Shown here: positions 23,448 through 37,444 of the stretch, piece by piece
Numbering within the stretch: the first letter of the stretch is position 1
How the letters are laid out: every line of letters begins with the position of its first letter
Assembly (NCBI RefSeq): GCF_006345805.1
Contig: NW_021832759.1
Coordinates: 1-51,525, forward strand
DNA from: Octopus sinensis
Lineage: Eukaryota
DNA length: 51,525 nt
Reading direction: 5' to 3'
The notes under the pieces: generated by a model
Told to the model about the DNA's origin: nothing
The model's database searches: none
What the model saw: only the letters and a program-made list of their open reading frames with translations
Program-made: the position numbers and the translations under genes

Positions 23448-24252
23448 ACAGCAGCAGTTGAAGAAGGTGGAGGGGAGAAGGCGAAGAAGGTGGAGGAGGG
23501 GAGAAGGAAGAGAAAAGAAGAAAAAAGTCGAAGAAACGTTAGAAGAATGGAAGAAAAATAAGTAGTGGTAGTAGTAGCAGTTGTAGTAGTAGTAGTAGGA
23601 GGAGTAGTAATAGTAAGACTGAAGAAGAAGTAGGAGAAAGAGAAGAAAAAGAAGAAAGAAAAGTGGAGAAGTCGAGGAAAAAATAATGGATGGGAATCCA
23701 TGTAAAGATTTGTAGTAGTAGTGATGTGGTGGTAGTTGAGGTTGTGGTGGTGGTAGTGTTAGAGGTAGTGATGATGATGGTGATTGTGATGTTTAATAGT
23801 AGTAGTAGTAGTAATAGTCGTAGTAGTAGTAGTAGTAATAGTCGTAATAGTAGTAATAACAGTAGTTATAGAAGTAGTGGAAGTATATAGTGGTAGTATG
23901 TATGGTTGGTAGCAATAGTAGTAGACTTCGGAAATCGTAGTAGTAGTTAGTAGTAGCAGTAGTAGTAGCAGTAGTAGTGGAAGATGTAGTGGTGATGGTG
24001 GTGGTAGTGGCAGTGATAACAGCAGCAGCATCTGTAGTGGTAGTAGTAGTATTAGTAGTAGTTGGAGAAGGAGGGGGACCAGAAGAAGTAGTAGTAGGAA
24101 GAAGAGGAAGGGGAAGGGGAAAAAGAAGTAGAAGTGGTGAAAGAGGAAGGGGTAGAGAAAGTGGAGGAAGAGGAAGGGGAAGAAAGGGAGGAAGAAAAAG
24201 AATAGGAAAAGGAAGGGAAGAGGAGAGAGGAGGGAAGAAAAGCGGTAGTAGG

Positions 24253-24335
<83 letters not shown>
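23270..24335. repeat. Compound (TAG)/(GAA)/(TGG)/(TTA) trinucleotide low-complexity region
   Basis: Directly visible. Confidence 0.9.
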
Positions 24336-24627
24336 TGAAGTAGTAAACGGCAAGAGAAGCATGATAGGGTCCACAGTAGATGTAGCTGGTAATAATGCAG
24401 GAGAGGAATTGAGAAATAAAGAAGGGACATTTCCCACTCCAGCACAAATATATGAAACTATTATTTTTGTTGGAGGGAAGGGAATGAATTTGAAATTTAT
24501 GGTTGATGATGCTGTTATTGTGATTGTCGTTGTTGCAGTTGTTCAAAGCAAAGTCGACATTGTTGTATGATGTTTGTTGATATCGTTGTTGTTGATATTC
24601 ATGTTGTAATTGGTATTGCTTTCCATG

Positions 24628-25945
24628 TCTTCTTCTTCTTCTTCTTCTTCTTCTTCTTCTTCAACTTCTTCTTCTTCCTTTTCTCCTAATTCCTCAAATT
24701 ATCTTCAACTTCTTCCTCCTCCTTCTCACCTCTTCTTCTTCTTCTCCTTTTTCTTCTTCTTCAACTTCTTCCTCCTCCTTCTCACCTCTCTTCTTTGTTC
24801 CTTTTCTTCTTCTTCTTCACAATCTCCTCCTTCTCACCTCTTCTTCTTCTTCTCTTTTCTTCTTCTTCTTCAACTTCTTCCTCCTCCTTCTCACCTCTTC
24901 TTCTTCTTCTTCTCCTTTTTCTTCTTCTTCTTCAACTTCTTCCTCCTCCTTCTCACCTCTTCTTCTTCTTCTTCTCCTTTTTCTTCTTCTTCTTCAACTT
25001 CTTCCTCCTCCTTCTCACCTCTTCTTCTTCTTCTTCTCCTTTTTCTTCTTCTCTTAACTTCTTCCTCCTCCTCTCCTCTCCTTCTTCCTCTTCTACTTCT
25101 TCCTCCTCCTTCTCACCTTCTTATTTTCTTCTCCTTTTCTTCTTCTCTCCTTTTCTTTTCTCTTCAACTTCTTTCCTTTCACCTCTTCTTCTTCTTCTTC
25201 TCCTTTTCTCTTCTTCTTCAAATTCTTCCCTCTCTTCTCCTCTTCTTCTTTCTTCTCCTTTTTTTATTCTTCTCAACTTCTTCCTCCTCCTTCTCACCTC
25301 TCTTCTATTCTTCTCCTTTTTCTTCTTTTCTTCAACTTCTCTCCTCCTTCTACTTCTTCTTTCTTCTTCTCCTTTTCTTCTTCTCTTCCAACTTCTTCTC
25401 CTCATGCACCTCTTCTTTTCTTCTTCTCCTTTTTCTTCTTCTTCTTCAACTTCTTCTCCTCCTTCTCACCTCGTTTTCTTCTTCTTCTCCTTTGTTTCTT
25501 CTTCTTAACTTCTTCCTCCTCCTTCTCACCTCTCTTCTTCTTCTTCTCCTTTTCTTCTTCTTCTTCAACTTCTTCCTCCTCTTCTCTCTTCTTCTTCTTT
25601 CTCCTTTTCGTCTTCTTCTTCAACTTCTTCCTCCTCCTTCTCACCCTCTTCGTTTATTCTCCTTTTTCTCTTCTCTTCAACTTCTTCTTCCTCCTCTCAC
25701 CTCTTCTTCATTTCCCTTCTTCTTCTTCTTCAACTTCTTCTCCTCCTTCTCACCTCTCTTCTTCTCTTCTCTTTTTCTCTTCTTCAACTCTTCCTCCTCC
25801 TTCTCACTTCTTCTTCTTCTCTTCCTTTTCTTCTTCTTCTTAACTTCTTCCTCCTCCTTCTCACTCTTCTTCTTTTTTCTTCTCCTTTTTTCTTCTTCTT
25901 CAACTTCTTCCTCCTCTCTCACCTCTTCTTCTTCTTCTTCTTCCC
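24628..25945. repeat. 1.3-kb polypyrimidine (CTT)-based minisatellite with ~55-62-bp higher-order unit
   Basis: The marker caacttcttcctcctccttctcacctc recurs at ~24707, 24762, 24871, 24933, 24995 and onward. Confidence 0.9.
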
Positions 25946-26397
25946 CTTCCCCGTTAAAACAGAAATCTGTACTATAGAAGGTTTCACTACAAGAAATGAT
26001 AAAAACAACAAACAAATGCAAAATGTAAAAAGAAAAAAATTTTTTTTTTAAGTAGCTAAAAAACTCCTTTCGTCTTTGCAAAGAGCGCGGTTGTTACCGT
26101 TATGCGTCCATCTCATACAATGTCTCGAATAATTCCTCACTTTGCGAGAGAGGCCTCTTTCTACACACCTACACACCTACACACCTACACACATATACGC
26201 ACGCACACAGACACAGACACATACACGCGCACACACACAAATTCTCTTTCTCTCTCTCCGCCTCTCTCTCTCTCTCTCTCTTTTCTCTTTACTTCCTTCA
26301 TTTTTTGCTTTTCTTTCTCCGGCCCTCTCTGTAACTGTCTCCGCGTAATTGGTTATACATTTGTGCGTATCTGTGTTTCTATGTGTGTGTGTGTGTG

Positions 26398-26441
<44 letters not shown>

Positions 26442-26604
26442 TTTTATAATTCAACATTTGTTATTTGCATTCTCTGGTGGTTTTATATTTTAAATAAGAA
26501 AAAGTCCTTGCTATAAGAGATTCTATTAACTAGCAAATTGAATACATACATTTATTCTATATACATAAATATATATATTATATCTATATATATATATATA
26601 TTTT

Positions 26605-27113
26605 ATTTTTCTTTCAGGTATTCCAGTTATTTGACTGCGGCCATACTGGAGCACTGCCTTTTAGTCGAAGAAATCCACTCCAGGGCTTATTCTTTGTAAA
26701 CCTGGTTCTTATTCTATCAGTCTCTTTTGCGGTGAAGCAGTGGCACCACCTTGACCCCAGGACGTATTTTTTAAGCCTAGTACTTATTGTACTTATTCTA
26801 TAGGTGTCTTTTGCCGAACCGCTCGATTACGAGGAGGTAAACACACAAACACGGGTTGTCAAACGATGGTAGGTGAACAAACACAGACACAAAGACACAC
26901 ATGCACACATACATACGCACACACATATATATATATACACAAACATATATGACGGGCTTCTTTCAGTTTCCGTTTACCAAATCCACTCACAAAGCTTTGG
27001 TCGGCTCGAGGCAATAGCAAAAAACGTGTGTCCACAGTGCTGCGCAGTGGGTCAGAACCCGAAACCATATGCTTGGGAAGCAAGCTTCTTACTACACAGC
27101 CAGCCCTACACCT
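26605..27113 (-). mobile_element. SINE group A, full-length, diverged
   Basis: ttgactgcggccatactggagcac...ttgccgaaccgct...gacgggcttctttcagtttccg...cagtggg..gaaccc..acacagcc..cct. Confidence 0.85.
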
Positions 27114-27131
27114 ATGTATACACACACACAC

Positions 27132-27163
<32 letters not shown>

Positions 27164-27661
27164 CACACACACACATATATATATATATATGTGTGTATGT
27201 ATGTATTTGGAGGTGTCTTTCTGCTGCATAACGGTTACTATTATATCATCAATAACAGCTTTATAAATATGATTTAAAATTGCTGCCAGTCAAAACCGAT
27301 ATAAACTATGGAAGTTATTGTGCGAAAAATATTTGTCCAAAATAGAAATATCGAGAAAGAAACAACGAACAGATACCAGTCATACACACACACACACACG
27401 CAGACACGCAAACACACACACACGCAAAAAAACTAAACACTACAACAGCAACAATATAAAACAACAATACCGCACATTACCGTTTGGAAGCAAGTAGGGA
27501 CAGAAAACTATGTAAAGGTTTAATTATAAAGTCTATTTATTTATCTTCTATTAAAATATTAAAACGATATTTTGTAGCCGGCAGCCATGTTTTCACTTGA
27601 TGATGCCTGCGAGCTTAAAACACTTTTCTTTTTTTGTAATCTTCGGTTTCGAAATATAAGT

Positions 27662-27669
27662 GATTATTA

Positions 27670-27728
<59 letters not shown>

Positions 27729-27786
27729 CATATTATTATTATTATTATTATTATTATCATTATTGTTATTATTATTATTATTATTA

Positions 27787-27817
<31 letters not shown>

Positions 27818-27853
27818 CATTATTGTTATTATTATCATTCATCATCATTATTA

Positions 27854-27894
<41 letters not shown>

Positions 27895-27983
27895 TATCAT
27901 TATTATTATTATTATTATTATTATCATTATTGTTATTATATATCATCATCTCATCATCATCATTATTATTATTATTATTATTA

Positions 27984-28021
<38 letters not shown>

Positions 28022-28023
28022 TG

Positions 28024-28062
<39 letters not shown>

Positions 28063-28165
28063 TTATTATTATCATTCATTATTATTTTATTATTATTATT
28101 ATTATTATTATTATCATCATCCATCATCATCATCATTATTATTATTATTATTATTTTTATTATCA

Positions 28166-28196
<31 letters not shown>

Positions 28197-28207
28197 CATA
28201 TCATCAT

Positions 28208-28239
<32 letters not shown>

Positions 28240-28337
28240 TTTATTATCATCATCATGGTTATTATTATTATTATTATTATCATCATCATGGTTATTATTA
28301 TTATTATTATTATTTATTATTATTATTATCATCATTA

Positions 28338-28369
<32 letters not shown>

Positions 28370-28425
28370 TATTCATCATCATCATCATCATCATCATTAT
28401 TATTATTATATTATTATTATTATCA

Positions 28426-28459
<34 letters not shown>

Positions 28460-28574
28460 CATCATCATCATCATTATTATTATTATTATTATTATTATAT
28501 TATTATTATCATCATTATTATTATTATTATTTTATTATTATATTATTATTATATCATCATCATCATCATCATCA

Positions 28575-28607
<33 letters not shown>

Positions 28608-28700
28608 TATTATTATTATTATTATTACCATTATTATTATTGTTGTTGTTGTTGTGTTGTTGTTATCGTCATCGTCGTCGTCGTCGTCGTCGTTGTTGTT
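27662..28700. repeat. ~1-kb (TTA)/(TCA) microsatellite grading into (TTG)/(TCG)
   Basis: Directly visible. Confidence 0.95.
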
Positions 28701-29020
28701 AGTCTGTAGACACGTATTGCACATCGCTCCCGTTAGCTTTGTTGTTATTCATATTGTTACACAAAGTTATATATTGAACGTTTGTTATCGTTATATAGAT
28801 AAATAAAACAGGAATGTAGGTGGCTGGTTAAAGCTTCCCCATCTGTAGCCCTTAGGGGCTAAATAGGGGTTTGTTTAGTAAACGCGCCTCTTGATTTTTT
28901 TTATTTAAAAAAAACAAAGATGGTGGATGAGGATCGTTCGTCCGCTGAAAACAACAGCCAGTTATCCGCAGAACAGAGCAATCAAATTGTAAACGTCACT
29001 GGAAGCAGCAGCAACAACAG

Positions 29021-29388
29021 TGGAGGCGCAATGGCCCAGTGGTTAGGGCAGCGGACTCGCGATCGGAGGATCGCGGTTTCGATTCCCAGACCGGGCGTTG
29101 TGTGTCTTTATTGAGCGAAAACACCTAAAGCTCCACGAGGCTCCCTCAAAGGGGTGGTAGTGACCCCTGTTGTACTCTTTCGCTCCAACTTTCTCTCGCT
29201 CCTTCTTCCTGTTTCTTGTCCCCGACTTCCTACGCAACTGCTGAGCCTGGATGCACATTCATCCATCCATCGATGCTCTCGGTGTCGGGGGTTGACCTGC
29301 TTTCTCTTCTGTGGGTCTTACGAATAGCAAAGGACCACGTTTCGGACTTCTCCCACCTTGCGAGCTCTGGGACGAAGTCCGTTCACTC
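29021..29388 (+). mobile_element. SINE group C (tRNA-derived head) with tail type 2
   Basis: Head ggaggcgcaatggcccagtggttagggcagcggactcgcg..ggtttcgattccc as at 44311. The sequence diverges after cttcctgtttct. Terminal hairpin cggacttc-tccca...tggga-c-gaagtccg (29343-29381). Inserted in a CAA/CAG tract. Confidence 0.85.
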
Positions 29389-29967
29389 AACAGCAACAGC
29401 AGCAACAACAAAACAGCAACAACAATGGCAACACAGCACGGAAAATGCATGAAAGCAAATTTCCGCTGCTAGAAATTTCAGCAGGAACCATGAATAAGTT
29501 CCATGACAACAAAAAGCGGCAATACTAGCAAGGAGACTTTCACCTGCACCACTAACGCCAGTTGCAACAGCAAACCCACGACAACTAACGTCATTAACGA
29601 ATAAAATAAGAACGAAATAAAATGCGCCATGAAAATCTGCTGTTAGCGATCACGCCGACGCGACACAACAAATAAGTGAAGACATTTTTTAATAAACGAA
29701 AATGAATGTGAAATTGCAAAATGTATGTTGGAGAAACGCGGACGAACTGTGGTACTGACTGTCTCTAGATCTGTGCAACAAGAATCGAATTTGCGGACCC
29801 TTCTAAACGAAACTATTAGAACAAGAAATAGAAGAATAGAGAAAGTAACACAGCAACAGATAGAGAAATGTATGCGACCAATTTAGAAGAGCATGTGTGC
29901 GTGCGTATGGTTGTGTATTTGTGTTTGTGTATGTGTACATATGTCTGTGTATGAATATGTGTGTGTT

Positions 29968-30034
<67 letters not shown>

Positions 30035-30811
30035 ATAAATATGTGTGTGAGTCTGTGTGTGTCTGTGTGTGTCTGTGTGTGTCTGTGTGTGTCTGAGAGT
30101 GTGTGCGTAAGTTTGTGTGTGTATTTGTGTTTGTTCGTGTATGCTGAAGTGTATGTATGTGTATATGTCTGTGTATGAATATGTGTATGTGTATATATAT
30201 ATATATATATTATATATATATATATATATATATGCGTGTGTGTATGTGTGTGATTTTGTGTATATATATGTGTGTTCTAATGTGTGCGTGCTACGTTTGT
30301 GTGTAGCTGTGCTTTTGTATGTGTGTGTATGCGTGTGCGAGCAAAATTTAGAAAATTGAAAAAGACAAAGAAAACCAAAAAAAAATCAAACAAACAAAAA
30401 GAAAAAACTCGAAATAGGTATTTCTTGGAACCTTAGAAGTAAAATTCAAAACATTTTTGCTTGGAGTGCAACGCCATCGAATTCAATAAAAACCATTTAG
30501 TTGCTCTCTAAAGATTTCTGACACATGACTTCCTAAAATTGGTACAAGACGACGGCGATTCCATAATAGAGAGAGACGGGGGAGAGAAGGCAGCAAGTGG
30601 GGGTAGAGTCGATTGATTCAAATATAATAGAGTTTCTCTTATTTTATTCTATTCAACAATACTTATTGTTCCCGGACAATGGAAATTCAATGCAATCAAC
30701 ATCGCAGCTCAAAAGCTATTCCAGTGTGGTACTTAAACCTTGCACCTTGGCATACGGGTGCGTCGCATAGGGTAATATTTCAGGCCGATATTTAAGTACG
30801 TATGCTGCTAT

Positions 30812-30842
<31 letters not shown>

Positions 30843-31170
30843 AATACAAAATACATAACAAAAGAATGAGACCTCGATATTGGAGAAATAGAGGATTATT
30901 TATATATGCTATAAATTAGAACGAACAGTAAAAGGTTGTCGTTGTAGTACTCGGAGTTTCGAATGCGGGAGCGAAGAGCTACGATACATACTCGTTGGCT
31001 ATTAATGGCAAAAGACGCTACGGAAAACCGTACGAAATATAAGGGAAGTTACTCTAATACGTGGAAATCAGAAGAAAGATAAAAATATAAAAATATATAT
31101 ATATAAATATATAAATAAAAATATACACACAACCATATTTCTCACAATACATAGATGTAAACCTCCTGCG

Positions 31171-31215
<45 letters not shown>

Positions 31216-33082
31216 TTCTGTTTGTTATGGAAGTGTGCCCAGGTGTTGTGATTTAACTATGGAACAAAATCGAGGACAGAAATATTCAGTATAATGAAAT
31301 AATTAGAATATTAAGACCTCATTAACCTTAACATCTTAACATCTTCTGTAGTTAAGACAGGCGTTCTACCGTTGGACCGACGTAACCCTTAAAAGTTCCA
31401 TATCTATTTTAGGAATATTAATTCAAACTAGCGTAAGTTCTACGTTGTTGACATCATAAGAGAGAACTTTCGAGAAACGTGAAATAATTCTTTTTCTTGG
31501 GAAGGGTAAATTCGAGGCACATCGCAAAAATCTATACATAATAGCATGTGAATATTGTTTTGGAAACCATTTTTCGATATTTGTATGCTATTGTTTAAAG
31601 CTGTATGTAATGTGCCGCCAGATACAATATTCCAGAAAAAAAAGAATTATGTAACGTTCTTTCAAAAGTTTATAAGATTTTTATATCGTCACTAGACATA
31701 AATAGTCAATATTTATAATAAATGGAAATTCTACGGGTTCCAATAAATAATAAACCAGTTAAATAATAGTTTTCGATAATTTCCATTTTTAAAACCAAAA
31801 TTCTAAACATTTAAGAAATGTCTTTCCATTCCAAGTGCATCACTAAGTATTTGTTTGATTTTATTTTCTGTGCCCACGTTGTTAAATTGTTTGAGTACCA
31901 CGGCTTCAGAGATGTGAAACTAAATAACAACGATCAAAGTACTTTTGACGTAAAACACTACAATCCGAAGAAACTTAGAATGGTCAGTGCTAAACAAACC
32001 GTAATTAATGAACATTCATAAGATGGAATAAATTGTTTTAGCCTGAGGAGCAGGATAAGATTAGATGCTAATCTATTTACTTTCGGATTATCAAAATGAA
32101 TAAATAAATAAAATACGAATTTAAAGCGAGTAATAAACGCACCATTCTTAGCCGGAGGCTTGGTTCTGTTTGGAACTTTAGGACTTATTCTTCACAACAT
32201 AAACATTTGCACAATTTTTCACTTTTAATGTATTTTCCAGCATACAGGTCGGAATTTTGAGACCAAAAATTTACAACTCCGCAAAATAGATCAACTTATA
32301 CATCAAAACCGAACATTCTGTGTGAAATGCAGCAGAATTTGGAAAGACAGGGACAAAGGTTCAATGTTTACACTTCATGTTTACGCTGTATGTATACATT
32401 ATATTCTACGTCGGCTTCTGTGCCGGAAATACAGTAATGAGAAGGTAAAAATTGGATACATGATCCGTTATGAGATTTCCCAGAGAGAAAGAGGGACGTG
32501 TCCTCGAACCGGAAACTCAACCCGAACAGTTGCAGCAGAGAGGAAACTGGTAAAGCCACCCTTGATAGAAAATGGTGGTGTAAAAGCGGGTGACAAGTTG
32601 AAATCGACCAACACATTAAGGTCACGGTGAGATTTAAGCTGAGAACTCAAAGAGCCGGAATAAGAGCCACAAGGCGTTTGGTTCGATGAATAAGACGTTG
32701 TCAAAGACCAAGAGCAAATTTCTCTCATCTTTTATGTTCAGGGCAAACAAATATATTCTTTTATTTCCTTTTACTTCTTACAGTCATTTGACTGCGGCCA
32801 TATATAAGACTCTCTCGTCGCTGACACGTGACGAAGGAGAATCTATCTTTCTGACCACTACCTTCGTAAAGACATCAACGTCCTTATACTGTCTCCTTCA
32901 TAAGCTCGTCTTCCTAGCGTTCACAATAATGTTTCTATCGTCTTGGCTTAACAACCCTCACCGTTTGTTTTTGCTGTCTTGTTCTCACTGTCCTGTTCTT
33001 GTTACCACTTTCACCCTCCGCAAAAAATCGCAAATTTTATATAATTTACTTTGCGGGAAGGATTGTTTCAACGAAGTCGCGT

Positions 33083-33340
33083 CTTGTCCTTACCTTCGGC
33101 ACGCGGAGTAGATGAAACATGGACAACTGAAGAAAGGGAATATTCTTTATGTTGTATGTCTCGTTTCTTTGTTTGTTTTTTTGTTGTTGTTCGAAAAAGT
33201 TCGTTTCTGTTTTCGTTTCTCATTGTGTTCAATGCTTTTTTTTTGATGTTCTGTACCCATATATGCATGTATATATATACATATATATATGTAGGTATGT
33301 ATATATATGTATGTATATATGCATATATTTATATATTATT
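33083..33340 (+). repeat. Second copy of the 2575-2870 repeat
   Basis: Shared sequence as described for 2575-2870. Confidence 0.7.
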
Positions 33341-33351
33341 TATATTATCTA

Positions 33352-33426
<75 letters not shown>

Positions 33427-34087
33427 ATCTATATATATGTAAAGAAAATGGAGAAAGATTGAGATAGAGAGAGAAGACAGAAAGCGGGGGTAATATTTCC
33501 AGTTACTTTATTTGAACTTTTTACAACATTCTCAAACACGAATAAAGATATATAGTCAGTGTTGTGTTATGTTTCCAAACCAACTAACACACAATACACA
33601 GGATGATATAATTCACGTAGTAACAATCATTTCAAATGCTTTCTTAGCTTGGTATTTCTTCTTCTTTTTTTTGTTTTTGTTTTTTCGTCAGATTCGGTTC
33701 TATTCAGATTCGGTTCTATTCAGTACATAACCAGTGTCTGTGACGTTTAAGAAAAAAAAACCCAAACAAATCTTACGAAAATTGCTCTTAAATTTACATA
33801 GAAATCAACGGTTTTATGATGGAATATAGCAAATACAACATCCAGCACATTGCAATATACCAGTTATTTTTTTTTTATATTTTAAACTCGATCTCTCTGA
33901 AGATTCCTGAATTTTATTACATAAATTTGTATTATATCATTTCAGAGACGTAGAAGCTTCGGCGTACAACCCGACAGCATAGACACATGCATACGTATAC
34001 ATACATACATAACATACATACAATACATACATACATATATATATATAATATAATTATATATATGTACATATATATATATATATATAG

Positions 34088-34130
<43 letters not shown>

Positions 34131-34702
34131 TATATATACACATATATACATACACACACACAGATATATATACGTCAGATATGTGCCGATGGTGGATGAT
34201 TAGATATATATCTAAATCGATGTCTATCCGTATATTTATTATTTATTTATTTATCTAGGCACTTGTACTTATAATTATCAAAGCAATTACTAATTTATAT
34301 ATGTATCTATAAGTACGTATTAATATTCGTAAGGACAGTTGTAAATATGTCAACGAATAGATGTATACAGGAAATTGCGTATAAGCGTGTCTGTGTGCAT
34401 GTGTGCATGTGCATATATATATATGTATGTATGTATATATATATTATACATATATAACCATATATGTATATATGTATATGTATGTGTGTATATATATATA
34501 CATGCATATATATGTTGATATATTTGTGTGTATATTTGTATGTATACATATATATACATGCATATACATATGTGTATATATTTGTGTGTGTAGATATATA
34601 TGTATATATAGATATATAGATATACATATTTATTTATAACTATGCATATATATATATATGCGTAAATGTATATGAATATTTATAAACAAATTTATACATA
34701 TG

Positions 34703-34753
<51 letters not shown>

Positions 34754-34879
34754 ATATATATTATTTTACATATTGTAAACACACGCACGCACTAATAGCA
34801 GTATAGAGATTTATCTCAATATACATTCAATATGCATTGAATTTTGTGTATTCACATAGATACATACATACACAATATG

Positions 34880-34920
<41 letters not shown>

Positions 34921-34977
34921 TGCATATATATAATATCTTATATATATATATATAAAAATAAATATATATATAAATAA

Positions 34978-35016
<39 letters not shown>

Positions 35017-35324
35017 CATAAACATCCATACACGTCTGTGTGTGTGTGTGTGTGTTGGTTTGTTTGTTTTCTCTTTCGTTCTACTTCGTAGCGTCTTATT
35101 GCTGCAACTCGTATCATTTAACTACTCACCATGTCTGATGGTGTTGATACAGAATGTTCTCGTAAAACATCTTTGCATCATTCTCTCTCTATGTTATCTT
35201 CGACATTTCTCATCCATAAATGATTATACCACACAGCAGCCGTTCTATAAACTTCATCGCTTTGCGTTCCACTGGTGATTCTCTTCGTTCTGATATTTAT
35301 TTCCACTAAACGTTATAAATATAT

Positions 35325-35666
35325 GTGGGGGCGCAATGGCCCAGTGCGAAGATCGCGGTTTCGATTCCCAAACCGGGCGTTGTGAGTGTTTATTGAATGA
35401 AAATACGTAAAAATCGATGGAGATCTGGCAGGGAGTAATGGCTGTACTCCTTTTCTCACTCTTTCTTTCTCTGTCTGTTGTATCTGTATTTCAAAGGGGC
35501 CAGCCTTGTAACACTCTGTGTCACGGTGAATCTCCCCGAGAACTTCGTTAAGGGTAAACGTGTCTGTGGAGTGCTCAGCCACTTGCACGTTAATTTCATG
35601 AGCAGGCTGTTCCGTTGATCAGATGAACTGGAACCCTTGTCGTCGTAACCGACGGAGTGCCACGAG
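35325..35666 (+). mobile_element. SINE group C, tail type 1, internal deletions, 8-bp TSD aaatatat
   Basis: TSD at 35317-35324 and 35667-35674. Matches the 44311 copy. Confidence 0.88.
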
Positions 35667-35816
35667 AAATATATAAGCAAAATTACTTCCCAATCATAAG
35701 GTCTTATGTTCAGTCTCGCTACGCGGTACCTTGGGTGAGGATGTGATACCGTAGCCCAGACTCTACCAAATTCCTGAGAATAGAAACTGAAAGAAGCTCG
35801 TCGCATATACCTGTAT

Positions 35817-36225
35817 ATCTTTTATCTTTTGCTTGTTTCAGTCATTAGACTGCGGCCATGTTGGGGCAATGTTTTGAAGAATTTTTAGTCGAATGAATCG
35901 ACCCCAGTGTGTTACTTCTTTTTCTAGCATAGTACTTATTCTATCAGTTCTTTTGCCGAACCGCTAAGTTACAGGGACGTAAACAGACGCGTTCAGTTTG
36001 TCAAGTGATGGTAGACAGGGACAACACAAACACACGTACGCACACACAAACACACACACCATATATGGTGAGTTTCTTTCAGTTTCCATCTACGATATCC
36101 ACCCACAAAGCTTTGGCTGGCTCAAAGCAATAGTAGAAGACACTTGGACAAGGTGCTATGCAGTGGGACTGAACACGGAACCCTGTGGTTAGGAACTAAG
36201 ATTCTTACCCAGCCACGCTTGCGCA
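35817..36225 (-). mobile_element. SINE group A, diverged full-length; a decayed plus-strand head precedes it at ~35680-35805
   Basis: cttgtttcagtcattagactgcggccatg...ttgccgaaccgctaagttac...tagtagaagacacttg..cagtgggactgaac. Confidence 0.85.
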
Positions 36226-36648
36226 TAGACATCGACATGCACACACACACACACACATACCTGCAAGCACGCACGCACATGCATATGATTGTTTCATCTG
36301 ATCAGATAATAACCATTCCATCAACCCCTACACACGTCATACATCATCACAAAGCGCAATCCATCCGTTGACCAACCCTCAAATTACTATTAAGACCGAT
36401 TGCTGACTGGCAGGTTTTAAAATACAAATGACAGATATTATTCATATTTCGTCTGCATCTTTGTTCTTTCGAATCTAGTTCTGAAGGAATGATTTTGTGA
36501 ACTAGCATGTTTTTTTAAGTCCAGATATTCTTTTAGAAGCTCTGCGACAAATGACATATCTTGTAAGATGCGGGTGACGGGGTTCAAGATTATTACCGCT
36601 AAATCTACAGGTTTTTTTCATTCTATTTCTGTTTATTTTCTCTTATTC

Positions 36649-36684
36649 CTTTCTGTTGAAGAGCGTAGGCTCGAAATGTAAAAG
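36649..36684 (+). ncRNA. Degenerate minimal hammerhead-like motif (PLE terminal-repeat relic)
   Basis: cttt-CTGTTGA-a-gagc(gtag)gctc-GAAA-t-GTA-aaag. Stems I and II pair. Core A6 and position 15.2 are mutated. Confidence 0.5.
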
Positions 36685-36787
36685 ACTTTTTCATTTTCCC
36701 AAGCGTCAAACTAATAAGCCTGCTTATTGTTCATACACCTGTCTTTGTCTTTAATTTTTCTATAAATTTCAAGTATATATACATATA

Positions 36788-36932
36788 CGATGGCCTTTGT
36801 CAGTCCACGCCAAGCGTCTACTCACAAGATTTTGGTGCTCGAAAGTATAGCAGAAGACAACTGCGTAAGGTGCCGCTCACCGGGACTGAATCCAAGAATC
36901 AGGCGTTTTACTCATACATCCACGTCTGCGCC
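36788..36932 (-). mobile_element. SINE group A 5' half, highly decayed
   Basis: actcacaag..tttggt..tatagcagaagacaactgc..aaggtgccgc..gggactgaa..cacgtctgcgcc. Confidence 0.65.
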
Positions 36933-37444
36933 GGTTCTCCGTGAGCTTTTTTTTTAAAAGTGTGATTGAAATTATGACATTTCAATTTATCCTTTTGCTA
37001 ATCTGATATCCCGCTTATTCACGATATCCAGCTAATGTGTCGTGCAGATAGCTTCTGTCTGATTAGTAATTACCTCAATAAGTGTCTATTTAAGGAGAGA
37101 CATAAATCTTCGTTTCTGCAAGAGTAGTTTATCCGTTGGTTTGATAGATTTATTGCTATTATGCTTTTGATATTTGATGTACAGCTATAGCCTAATTTCA
37201 AATTATTCTACTAAATAGTTCTGTATAAGGAGAGTTGAGGGGGGTGGCGGGGTTATTTGATAAGCTGATCTATGAAATATTTAACTGCATTAGTTTTGAC
37301 GTTTTATGGACATGGAGTGGTGAACCAAAGAGTTTTCCGACATATTTTCCTGTAAATCGGAGATAAAAATTTAGGGGCGTGATGGGGGTGCTTAACTCTA
37401 TGTCTAGTTGCAGCTAGTGTGACTTTATTGTAAGGATTACATTC

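Noticed and set aside
23793-24627. Possible low-complexity first coding exon (minus-strand MESNTNYNMN..., or the plus-strand 197-aa ORF)
   Set aside because: The minus-strand frame has an in-frame TGA after 27 codons. Neither reading shows recognisable homology or a convincing splice donor.
24610-28806. 455-aa, 349-aa and 347-aa ORFs (poly-S/F/L, poly-I/Y/L)
   Set aside because: Trinucleotide repeat artefacts with no domain content.
29021-29095. SINE heads as functional tRNA genes (also 44311, 44972)
   Set aside because: Each continues into a SINE body and tail, the 44311 copy has a TSD, and the acceptor stems do not pair properly.
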